Part shown: positions 40,637 to 52,346 of the stretch, one piece after another
Position numbering within the stretch: position 1 is the first letter of the stretch
How the letters are laid out: every line of letters begins with the position of its first letter
From: Lingula anatina
Lineage: Eukaryota; Animalia; Brachiopoda
Assembly: GCA_051362555.1 (NCBI GenBank)
Contig: CM120649.1
Span: forward strand, 17,932,567-17,996,566
Direction of reading: 5' to 3'
DNA: 64,000 nucleotides
Notes under the pieces: generated by a model
What the model was told of the DNA's origin: nothing
The model's input: only the letters and a program-made list of their open reading frames with translations
Database searches by the model: none
Translations under genes and position numbers: made by a program

Positions 40637-40674
40637 CCGGAAGTAATTGCTTCAGCCAATCAAATTACCCCACG
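40637..40674 (+). promoter_or_regulatory. ETS motif plus ER-stress response element (ERSE)
   Basis: CCGGAAGT 40637-40644; CCAAT-caaattacc-CCACG at 40656-40674 is an exact CCAAT-N9-CCACG, about 60 nt upstream of the DNAJC3 ATG. Confidence 0.8.
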
Positions 40675-40732
40675 CTGACCAACATCTTGGTACATTAGCA
40701 GAAGCCGTGTGTGTAGCAGCGGCACCAGCAAA

Positions 40733-41274
40733 ATGCGAGAGGTTACATCGATATCGCACCTTTTTAGGTCATTTTCTATATTTTATCTAGCTCTGGATTT
40801 TCATATATATGGTGAGTAAAATTTTGATTATTTTGTTTCGACCGTGTACCTTAGAACTTGTCACTACCGTGTTCAGTACCAGTCACTTGTCATGTATTTG
40901 GCTGTGGTGCTACCCGACCTAAGTGGAGAATATCTTTCTAGTGACTTCTAACGAAATTATGTTGAAGGAGCAGAGGTAGATTTTTTCGCTAATGCCAGTA
41001 GTATTTAAAAATGAACCAATAATGTCATGTCACTGTAACAAAACCCACACTTACACAGCCAAAGCTAATAGTCTAACAGTAAATTATCAGGAAAACTACT
41101 GGTAGCAATTACTAGTAAATTAATTATTATAACTATAAAATATCCACTTATCAGAAATTTTCTGCAAAGTTACTGTGAAAAAATAGTGTAATACAAAATG
41201 TACAGAAAATAGCGGGCATTAAGTAGTAGAGAATGTCATATGGCAGGGTGTTGTCAGTGGAACTACTGCTATTC

Positions 41275-41325
<51 letters not shown>

Positions 41326-43061
41326 CCAAGATTTGGAGTATTGCAGTTACTGTCAGTTGTCACTTTCTTTCAGAAGGTGAAATTATAAGATTGAATGTCT
41401 GTTGGAATGACAAAGTCACTTGAGATTGTTGGGAGTCAAGATATCATGGAAGCTTCATTTCAGTCAAAATATCAACAGAGTTTAATTTTGGTCAATATTT
41501 CACCAGTTCATGGTAAATTGATTTAAAGGGATAATAACTCTTTGTTTTGGCCAAAAAATGAATTTTCCTGGAGTAAACAACAATTTTCCCATACTTACCA
41601 ATGGTTAATGAATCCATTTTTACATTCAAAGTTAGTCCCTGGTTTTTTTCTAAAAAGTTTGGTTTTTTGTTAAAATCTCTTAAGAGATCTCTTAAGAGAT
41701 TTTAACAGAGTTATCAAAGTTAGTCCCTGGTTTTTTTCTAAAAAGTTTGGTTTTTTGTTAAAATCTCTTAAGAGATCTCTTAAGAGATTTTAACAGAGTA
41801 CAGCCATCAATGGAGGTCACGTGGTCTGAAGACAATCTCAGATATCAGAATAATAGCTATAACTGCCGTTTTTCTTGTACAACAGAATATATTATATTTC
41901 TATGAGTTGGTCACAATGTTTTTATTGTGAAATATAGATCTCATACGAAGAGTTATTATCCCTTTAAATTAACAAATCAATTATTTGAAGTATTTTTTTT
42001 TTTTTCAACTGAAGCATGTTTGTTAAATTTGCCATATCCATCGTCTTTCCGCCAGGTATATTTGGTAATAATGATGTAGAGCGCCACCTGGAGATGGGGA
42101 AGAAGTTTCTAGCTGCGGGACAGCTTGTAGACGCTTTGACACATTTTAACGCAGCTATAGGTAAGTCATCTTGTCACACCCTGTTTATTTTCCAGACACA
42201 TTTTAAATCACCTTGCTTGTTAACGATCTACATCTCATTTCTTGTTCACAAACATTTTTTTTTTTCAAATTCAATATCAATATCATCAGGCCACTGAACT
42301 ATTTCTTCCTACTTATTTTTTACAGCCCAAAATCATGTCAGATAATCAGTCTTATAAATGTGATGTCACTTTCTATTATTTCAGATGGGGATCCCAGTAA
42401 TTACTTGGTGTATTTTAGAAGAGCCACAGTTTATTTGGCTTTAGGAAAATCAAAGTCCGCTCTTCCAGATCTAAACAAAGTTTTAGAGTTGGATCCAAAG
42501 TTCCAAGCAGTTAGTATTAAATAATTAACTGTTTAAGTTTAAATTTTATTAACATGATCTAAATAAGTTTATGAACTTTCAAGGGTCATTTACAATGATT
42601 TGGACAGTTTTAATTTGATTTCATTATTCCTAGCATCAGTTTTCAGTTTTTTTTTTTTGTTTTTTTTAAATGTTTTTCCACAGTATTACTTACAGAACAT
42701 TGTAGAACAGCCTCACTAGCTATGTGTTGTTTTGGTCATTACAGAACGTTGTTTGAGGACATATAATGATCTAAATAAGTTCATATTTAGTGCAACGAGA
42801 CAGACAGTGATATTACAACTATAGAATTTTCAAGAAATTAAAAAAGGTGGATTGCTTTTGTAGGCCAGGCTGCAGAGGGGGAATGTTTTACTGAAACAAG
42901 GGAAGCTCTCTGAAGCGGAGGAAGATTACCTGGCTGTGGTGAGTGTCTTCTTTTAGATGAAGAAATTGTTCACTAAAGATGAAAAAATATAGCTAAGTGC
43001 TTTATGATATTTCAGGTGGGCCAGAATACCAGTTATGAGGATAGAATACTGAATAATGCAG

Positions 43062-43120
<59 letters not shown>

Positions 43121-43517
43121 GCACTGATCAGTTTTGATGAAATTATGGGAAAATTGTGGAAAAGATAAATTCTCTTTGTCTAGAAAATTGAGCTAATGAT
43201 GATGACATGGAGTAAGCAAAAATAATTCACAATAATATTTCATTAAGTTTTGATTCTATTAAAAAAATTATGGTCAAAGAAATAAACTAACTTTTAAAAA
43301 TTAGAGTTGGAAGATGTTGTTCATTTTAAATATAAAGTTATGATGAATGTGATGTTCTTCTTTCAGCTTGAAGTAGACCCCAGCAATGCCGAGGCACAAA
43401 AACAGCTCCAGTTGTTGGAGCCTCAGAGAGAAAACATCAGACTAGCCAAGGAATACTATGAACAACACGACTTCCAGGCAGCTATTGACGCTGTGTCACT
43501 GGCAATAGATGTAAGAG

Positions 43518-43574
<57 letters not shown>

Positions 43575-46254
43575 ATGGGCTGGAGCTTTGCATCAGTGTG
43601 AAATTTTCAGTTATATTGCATAGTAAATGTGTGAGAGAGAGAGAGGGAGAGAGAAAGTGCAAATGTGAATGAAATTTCCTTCAGCGCAAATTTCTCATTC
43701 TCAAAAAAATAATCAGTCTGAAAATAATTCAGTGTGTTTGTGTGCATGATATTCTTGGCATTGAAAATGGAATTTAGAAAAAAGATACTAAATATATATA
43801 TAAAATGTCTTTCACACCCAGGTGAGTCCCTGGGATGCAGACCTCCGTGAGTTGAGAGCCGAGAGCTACATTGCCCAGGGGAACTACTTCAAAGCATCAG
43901 GGGACCTCAGGACCACCACTAAACTGGTGTCAGACAACACGGAGGGTTATTACAAGCTGAGTAACCTGCATTACGACATGGGGGAAGCTGAGGAGGCGTT
44001 GCTGTAAGTTTGTCTGGGATTTGGTAGAAAATGGTCTTTTGTAACAAACAGAGGTTTTAATGATACTCGCTGACGAGTTGCGAAGTTAGGCTGACATCTT
44101 TGATGTGTACAGACTTGAAGGCAGACAAGTTGAAATGTGGTGTTTTATCAACTCAGTATGATTTTTATACTGTCTATGACAAAATATTCAACACATTTAA
44201 ACTATTTTTCAATAAATGGAGAAATATAGGTACAATAGTGTGTTGTATTTTAGGTTAAAAGAATAAGTCAGATCAAATTCAGTCACTGAATCAATTCAAT
44301 TTTCAGGCAAATCAGAGAGTGCCTAAAGCTGGACCCTGACCACAAGAAATGTTTCCCATTTTACAAAAAAGTGAAAAAACTTACAAAACAGTTGCGAGAC
44401 GTCCAGGATTATCAGAGCAATGGGGCGTATGAGGACTGTGTTAGCAAATCAAAGGCTATTCTAAAGACAGAAGACAGAGTGTTTTCCTATATACACAGGG
44501 CTAAGGGACATGCCTGTCACTGTAATATGAAGGTAAGGATTGTGCTAGTGATGTGTGTTAGAGAAGGCAATGCTTAGTGGCATTGTGTTAGTGGAGTGTG
44601 TTAGAGGAGACACAATGCTGGGTTGCGTTGAGAGGAGTCTTCCCCCTTGTGGCAGCTCTGTGAGAGCACATGTTGAATAAGTAAAAGTACCAATATTATT
44701 ATCATTTGTCACTGTCATAATACTGGAAAAAAATAGCAAAATAAAAATGTGGAGCAACATGCCTAGGTCTGTCTACGATTTGATAATTGTGGACTTCTTT
44801 ACTTTATCATTTTGTATATTTATTATTATTTTTTTAAATTTATGTATCATTTTTTTGTATATTTTAATATCAGGATATGGACAAAAAAATACATACAAAG
44901 CTAATCTTGATGTCAGTTTGTTAAACTTTGTTCCTGATGTTTTTCAGGCAAAACATATAGAAGAAGCTTTTAAGTGGTGTAAAGAGATACTAGAAATAGA
45001 TGAAAATAATATTGAAGCCAGGTGTGATTTAGCAGAAAATTATATAAATAATGAACAGTATGAAGAAGGTGAGTCCATAGAAATTATCATCATTGCTTAT
45101 TGCCACAGATGTATTGTTAAGAGCTTTGCTATTCATATATTTTCAAAATTAATTGCACATTTTGTTTTTTGGAAAAAAGTGGTTGAAGTGGTGTACTAAC
45201 ATAAAAGTTTAAAATTTTCAGCTGTTCAAGAATACCAAAAAGCCACAAATATAGACAAAAACAACCAGAGAGCACAGGAAGGACAGCAGAGAGCACAGAA
45301 ACTGCTGAAAAATTCACAAAAGAGAGATTATTACAAAATTTTAGGTGTAAAAAGGTAGGTTGGAAGGTGGCATGATTGAGAATTGGACTCTATTTAAAAT
45401 TACAGTTTAATTTTGATTAATTTTGTTCAGGACTTAATTTAAATGTTAATAGGCAAATTTTATAATGTTCATTATGTAAAGTTTATTGGGGTTATTTCAT
45501 AACAAAATTAATAATCACATTTTTTATTTTAATTTTTTTTTCAGAAATGCAAATAAAAGAGCTATAAACAAAGCATATAGGAAACTAGCTTTACAGTGGC
45601 ACCCTGATAAATTTGATGGGGAAGAGAAGAAAAAGGCTGAAAAAAAGTTTATGGACATTGCAGCCGCCAAAGAAGTTTTATCAGACCCAGGTTTGTATAA
45701 TGTGGCCCCAAACACAATGGTTACCCCACTTCTGCTACACAAGTGAATTAAGCATTGCTTATTTCTAATCATTATACAAATTTTAATTAAAATAAGGATA
45801 CTTAGGATTGTTTTCACGTTTTAGTCTAGTTCTATGTCTTTTATTCGATATTTTATTAGGAAATCCCAATGTATCATCCATATTTTCACTGCAGACATCT
45901 TTTCGCTATTGATTTTTTAAATATAAAAGTAGCCTGCATTTGAAATGAGCACGGCATGTGGTGTCTCATGTAATGTCTGTACCACATGTTATAACTCTTC
46001 GTTTGCGTAATCTAAACATTGATAACAGCAAATAGAGGTAGTTATTAACAAAATCACCACCATGTTCAAGACTTATATTCTTGGAGTTGAGATTTTTCAT
46101 TTGTTTTTCCTCAGAAATGAGACAGAGATACGACAACGGAGAAGACCCTCTGGATCCAGAACAGCAACAGCAAGGTGGCCGCGGCAACCCGTTCTTCCAT
46201 GGGTTCAATCCATTCGGTAGTGACGGTTTCAACTTCAAATTCCACTTCAACTAG
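40733..46254 (+). CDS. DNAJC3: DnaJ homolog subfamily C member 3 (p58IPK/ERdj6): signal peptide, TPR repeats and J domain
   Basis: Phase-consistent exons 40733-40811, 42056-42160, 42385-42509, 42864-42938, 43367-43510, 43822-44003, 44307-44532, 44948-45068, 45222-45354, 45545-45690, 46115-46254. Motifs [87 protein letters not shown]. Confidence 0.97.
41527..41963. mobile_element. Second Kolobok-like MITE copy, in DNAJC3 intron 1
   Basis: Perfect 16-bp TIR agggataataactctt, TTAA on both flanks, internal tandem duplication with 88-bp period (41626 and 41714). Confidence 0.8.
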
Positions 46255-48757
46255 GCAGCGAAGTTAAAGAGAGCGTGGAAAAAGACGCGTTAATGCAATA
46301 ATGCCACTTCTGTGTATAATCTCTGACTTGTTTCAACCAACATTATTTTTTGCATATTGTTTTACTCCTCAAATGAATACACTGGGGCGATCACCTGGTT
46401 CGGCCATAGGTAGAAGCTAGCATGGCTCCTTTGGTGAAACGTTAAGAATTTTGTTCTGAATTTAGCTGAAATATTTGTCCGGGGCCTTGGGTCCGATGCG
46501 TGTAAGTTTCTTTAAACTTAACCGCTTTATTACAGTATAGATTAGCCATCCAGTCGAGTTTTACAGGAAGAAAGTATTTTTACCTACAACTGGACTTACT
46601 ATACAATTTATTGAAGCTGAAGACGTTGTATATTCAATGATTCCGCCTGTGTTCTCAGGAGATCAATTTAAGGCTCGGCAAGGTTGCCGACCATAATGAA
46701 TAACAAGTCCGGTAATAGATTTTAAATGCCATTCATGCAACCTCCATGTGTTCACACCTATGGTACAAGCGGGTGTCAGTGGGAATTTGAAAAGTTAAAG
46801 AGCTGGCCTGCTTTGACGAATTGAAACTCCTTCTTAAAGACTACTGCAAGGTCAAGTCCTCGGTGGGTTCCCGTTGACCATAAATGACGATTACGCGTTT
46901 TTGGTGGGTCTTATGAAAAATGAAAACAGCAATCCGCAGTGGGAGAAACTTTATTTCATTTCATACACATTTCTATCTGCCTTGTTATTTCTTTTTAAAA
47001 TCCTTTTTGCCTGAAATGTGTGTTTTTGTCCCCTTTTTGGCTTCAAAACGTGGGCAGAACCCAGGGATGATAAGTACGTTTCTAAACACCTCGCTAAGAA
47101 AAAATCACTAGAAAGGTATTGCATTTCCATTAGAATCTTATGAACTGGGCATTTTATATTTTATGTAAAACCCAAAGAAACGCTTGTTTTAATAACCCTA
47201 TCTGGATAGTTCGGAAACGGGAATGTTCATTTTTCTTTCAAGTAGTAAGTGATGAATAGAATACCCCAGTAGTGAAATGAAGTCACACGTGGGGAGTGTG
47301 GTTGTATGTTTGAAGCTATACTGTTACAATACGAGGTTGTATGTACAAACTATAGCTGTTTCATTTTGTCTGGAGATCTCAATGATGTAGAATACAATGA
47401 ATTTGAAGAGTCCTTTTTCTCGCTGGATAATACGCAATTTATTAACATAAGGTTTAAAACTTTGTCTGAACATTTGTATTTATGAAATATATTTTACGAT
47501 CAAAGTACTTGCTGTAACCATATTTCCATTCCATTGCATTACACGTGCTCAATAGGACGTTATACTGTGGACGTCGATCTGTACCTTGTGTGAACCGGAT
47601 TGGATTTAAGTACAAAGTATTTTTAAGCGTGTTCACCCTTTGCGACGGCCCAGGTTGGGTACATCGTGGGGTATTATCTCGAAGAGTATACCAAATAAAG
47701 TGTACATTGTTGATTTTCTTCATTGTAAGTGTCCGTTTTCTTGCCTCGATTTTCTTATATCGGTTTACGTATTGACCCATTAGAGCCTGCGTCATCAAAA
47801 CAAACGGCAGCCATTCTGGAGGGAGACCGGAATCGTCTGCTGCGCATGAACAAGCCATGCCTGTAGTTCAGTTTTCGTTTTCTGTATTTTCTTTGATATT
47901 TAACCGAGCAAAATGATGAATTACTGCAGGTTATTTGATCGAGAGAAGATAACTAACTTTACAAGCGTTCACAGGCTGCCTGCAGTGGTAACAATCCATG
48001 GTGAAGGAACTAAAACCATAAACGGAGGAGAGACGGCGAGGTGGCTTTGAATCAAGAATCTTCGGAAAAGTAAAGGATAAAACTAATTTATTTTATAGCA
48101 AAGAATGGAGAGCCAGCTGTGCAGATTTTACCATAAAAGGAAAAACAGTAGAAAACCAAAGACCTAGGTGTGTACATTTGGGGCGCACGTACACTACATA
48201 TATATTTAAAGTAGTGCCCAAAAAGTTTGGGTGGAGAGTGTGTTAATTTGTTAAAACGTGTGGAAATACCCAGGCAGGGTTTCGACTTTTATAATGAAGA
48301 CTCACCTATTGCCTTGGGTGTAATTTGTTATCAGTTACGGTGCTCTCTAGATTTTATCGGCTGTCACCTACCTCTTTAATACCTGGTTAGCTTTATTGCC
48401 AATTAGTGTCAAGGCTATATTTGTACTGTACACAGCTGAGCTGGGCCAATTAAATCAATTACCTCTATGAGGTGCATTTGGAAGTTAGTGGCTTAATTTT
48501 CGATTTGGTGTAGTGATAAGAGTAATTTTATTTTGCAAGTAAATTCTACTTTAGGTGTAATTGACATATAACCTCATGAAATGAATTTGCACTTTCCTCT
48601 GTAAAAATGTTAAATTCTGCTCCTTTCAACGGTAATGTTGTAAGTTACAATACGAATAAAAAAAAAAAAAAAAATTGTCATCTTTCTATTAATTTACATA
48701 AAGGAAATTGACTGGCATTTCCCACCAAGCCACACTGATTGGGCGCAAGTAAATTAT

Positions 48758-48809
<52 letters not shown>

Positions 48810-49637
48810 AGAAATGAAGATCAATTCATGAACTGAATTATTGTTATTTTACATTGGACATCATAAATACATAAGTGTGAAAAATGCCTTGCTTCTGTGA
48901 ATGACTGAATAATAATAAAATCCTAACATGTTGCTTATATGAATGGTTGCATTCATGGTGAATAATAAAACTCTCTCAAACAACAGTCTTGTTACATGTA
49001 CTTTCTAATGAACCAATATGAAGTACAAGAATGCTGAAATAATTTCTGACAGCTTCACGATGTAGAGATATGTCATAACTGACAGCAATATTTCATGTCA
49101 TACTTTATGACAATCCTGCATACATTCTTCCTTGAGTCCACAAGGGTTTATCCTGATGATCAGCTCAAATTTCTCCTTATAGCTATCCTTTATGAAAAAA
49201 GTTGCTTCTATGTAAGGTTAAACATGATTACACATTAAACTCTCTCAAACTATAACTGTTATTACCCAATGAACAAGAAAAATGTAGTACAAGATAACTG
49301 AACTATCTTGTGACAACACGATGTTGGATACGTAAGTAGCATTTGGTAGGATTTCATGTTTTTAGACTGTCTTGAGTTCATATTGGTCGATCCTGCTGAA
49401 CAGCTGAAGCTTCAGCTTGTATATATCCTTTTCCCTTTGGTGTACTTGATCGCGATATGAAGTTTATTTTATTTTATTTGGTTCACCTATATTACCGCTA
49501 CTATTCCCCGTCGTTCATTCCCTCCAGCATGGCCGCGGGACTAGTGTTACGGAGCAAATATGACGTCACTGTAATGGGTTAATACACAAATGACCAGAAC
49601 GTTGCGCCTGGTCAATAGATGGCGGCACAGGTTTTAA

Positions 49638-51028
49638 AGGTATACTGTGATGAAAAAAAACGGGTTAAAACTATCCATTAGGTGCCCAAAAGTCATTTTT
49701 GAGTAATGAAAAAAAAGTTCTTACGTTTATTTAGTTTTTAAAGCCGATTTTATGCAGGTGTGAATTTAGTTTATGATACTCCCGCGTGGTGGCGCTTTGA
49801 GGCGAGTGACGTCACTTGCGTCGAGGCTCAGAAAGCCATATTCGATTCAGCTATCCGCTTGCTAGCAGTGCAAACTAAAAGCGATACACGCAATTGATTA
49901 CTACATGATCATTTATAAATTCAAACTTTTGAAGATAGATACACAAAAGAAGATTAATTCCCTACGTGCTTATCATTTATTAACCAACAAAATACACCAA
50001 ATTTATGTTAACAGTAAAGGTTTGGAAGCAGGGCAGCGAACATAGTTTTTCACACATGCCCATCTGTCGCGTCGGCTGAACGTTCTTATCCCGACTGATA
50101 AGAGAAAGTTACCTTATAATGCAGGTGTGACAGCTAACATTATTTTTCACACCCGTGCAGTTTACCAGTGTCATTCCGGGAGAGCCAGGTCAGTGGACAA
50201 AAGGCCAAAGATATCGGACTGATAGCATCGGACACTACATTTCACACCTCTGCAACTTACCTCGCTACTTCCGCCTTCCACGTGATCAGTGCAGCAGTAT
50301 GTCGAGTAAAAATTTGAGTCCACTATCATGTTAATATTAAAGTTTTCACTAACATAACCAAAAAATTCGACAGCGTATTTCTGCTACGAACTTTTTTTGG
50401 GCTCTAGAAGCTGCTCTCTTCTTCCTTTCGACGGCCGCATCATGCACACATCCTACAGGTAAGACTCTCGTCGGCAGCGCTCTGGCATTTACTGTCGCAT
50501 TTTGGTACTCCGAAAAATCGAATATACTGGGTATAGCATCATCTTTTAGTTTTCTCCGTGCTTTTCCACCGCACAATTCAGCTCGCAGGTCACGTACGAA
50601 GCATTCCGGCTCGAAGTGGTCGCTACAGATCCTCGCGTGTTTTGACACTGTGTTGGGATTTTTTAACTTCAGAGAATTGAGCCAAATTTTACGTTTTACG
50701 GCATCCGCAGGCAGGATATAATAGCAGATGTCTTTCTTATCGTAACCTACATTACGGCACCCGGGAACAACACAACTTTGCGGCATTTTGTTTTTCTGAC
50801 ACCTGGATGTTTAGTTACCTACTGCATAGTATATACTATTACTAGTACAGCTGTGGGAAGCTACTACCCAGGTTACGTCACTAGAAACTGACCAATCAGA
50901 ATTTTCTCATCTAAATCTCATCTTTTCTCTCTAAAACTTAAAAAGAACAATTTTTTGACGTCGATTTATAGTTTTTATACTGTAAAAAAAGCAGTGAACG
51001 CTATGAGTTCCTAGAGCACAGTAGGCCT
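49638..51028 (-). mobile_element. Kolobok-like DNA transposon derivative carrying a THAP ORF
   Basis: TTAA|AGGTATACTGTG ... CACAGTAGGCCT|TTAA (TIR 10/12, RR/YY termini), 1391 bp; no DDE domain seen. Confidence 0.7.
50349..50786 (-). CDS. THAP zinc-finger domain protein (transposon-derived), 145 aa
   Basis: MPQSCVVPGC...P...RKIW...RICSDHF...LKDDAIPSIF is a complete C2CH THAP signature with an AVPTIF-like box. Confidence 0.8.
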   Translation of the reverse strand: MPQSCVVPGCRNVGYDKKDICYYILPADAVKRKIWLNSLKLKNPNTVSKHARICSDHFEPECFVRDLRAELCGGKARRKLKDDAIPSIFDFSEYQNATVNARALPTRVLPVGCVHDAAVERKKRAASRAQKKFVAEIRCRIFWLC

Positions 51029-52346
51029 TTAAGGTTTGCAGGGAACCTGCACAGCAACACTGGTGCCCTTACAATGTATACTACTGAATCTAGATAAGGT
51101 AATTAAACAATGTACCTTTTGATCGTAGTAACAAATAACAGTATATTGATTTTTTTAAAAGTAGGCCATTGTTTTGTGACGTCCCACTGAAAATGTCTAA
51201 AATCGTTACTTTTACGAAAATTGCCGAGTGTGTGCCGTTACATAAGTTGGCTTGGCAGCGGAAATATCTATGCCATCAATACGATTATGGTCTCTTAAAG
51301 CATCTTTCACGCATAAAAATTAGTTTTTACCCACCAGCAACAAGGGCACTTTCGTTTATTTCCATATTGTTTTTCTCTGCAACGTCACCCAGTTTTATTT
51401 GCCATAGTTTTATCCGACCCATTTTATCTGACCCATTGTTACCCGACACCGAAAGTTTTAAAAGCACAAAACGTGCTCAATGTGTGTTTTTGCAGAATCG
51501 TTGCGGGAATGTTCGGCATGGACGGAAGCCCGGATGTAGCAAAGTCATAAAATGTTGCTTTGCAATTTGTCTTTGTGTCATTCGGAATGCACACATAAGG
51601 CCTACTGTGCGAAGAAGAACTTGTCATTTATGTACATAAGAGATATAAGCTTCTATTGAAACTTATTACGAGTCGCGTGCCCAAGCCCGCGACTCTGATC
51701 GAATAAATTTTCATTTTTATTAATGTTAAAATTTACTGGTCTGAACACCAGGTTGCAGTTCTTATGATGTCAAGTTCTATCTATCCAGTATTTTTTTACC
51801 GATTACATTTTCATCTCATTATGTTCTGACCTTCATTAACATCAAAATGAAAACAAAATTGGAATATATTAGAATATCTTCTTATTGAGGCAAATATTTC
51901 TGGGTATTTTTTCAAGATGATACACATCAGACTGACTCATTATGTAAAGAACACTATATGTGCCGTCAAAATTTATTCCTTGACATTTTACAGAAGAATA
52001 AAAGGGAACTAATTATATAAGAATAAAATATAGACAGGTCTTTTCGACTTATAACTTTTCATATGCTCAAATTTCTAATAGTCGTTAAGACAGGATTGAC
52101 AACGGACCGCTAAAGAATAATTTTTTAAAATGAAATTCTGACCATTTTTCCTACTTAATGACTGTCTATACTTAGAATTCTATCAAAATTTGTGAAGTTT
52201 TAGAAAAATATATATTTTTTTAACAAACAAACAGACCGATTATAACCTATCCATAGAAAAAAAACAAATTATCGGGATATTGTAATTCTATTGATAACAT
52301 TATCTTCTGATCATCTCAGACTACGTGACGTGACGTCACGTGTGCA

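Noticed and set aside
47454-47858. 134-aa minus-strand ORF (also 51169-51639 and 27338-27700)
   Set aside because: No recognisable domain or splice support; probably chance ORFs in repeat-derived DNA.
48759-48808. Long poly-A tract as a retroposon tail
   Set aside because: No upstream SINE/LINE body or TSD recognisable.
51598-51609. Extra aggcctactgtg matching the Kolobok-like TIR
   Set aside because: Not preceded by TTAA, no partner end found, and aggccta is common in this window.
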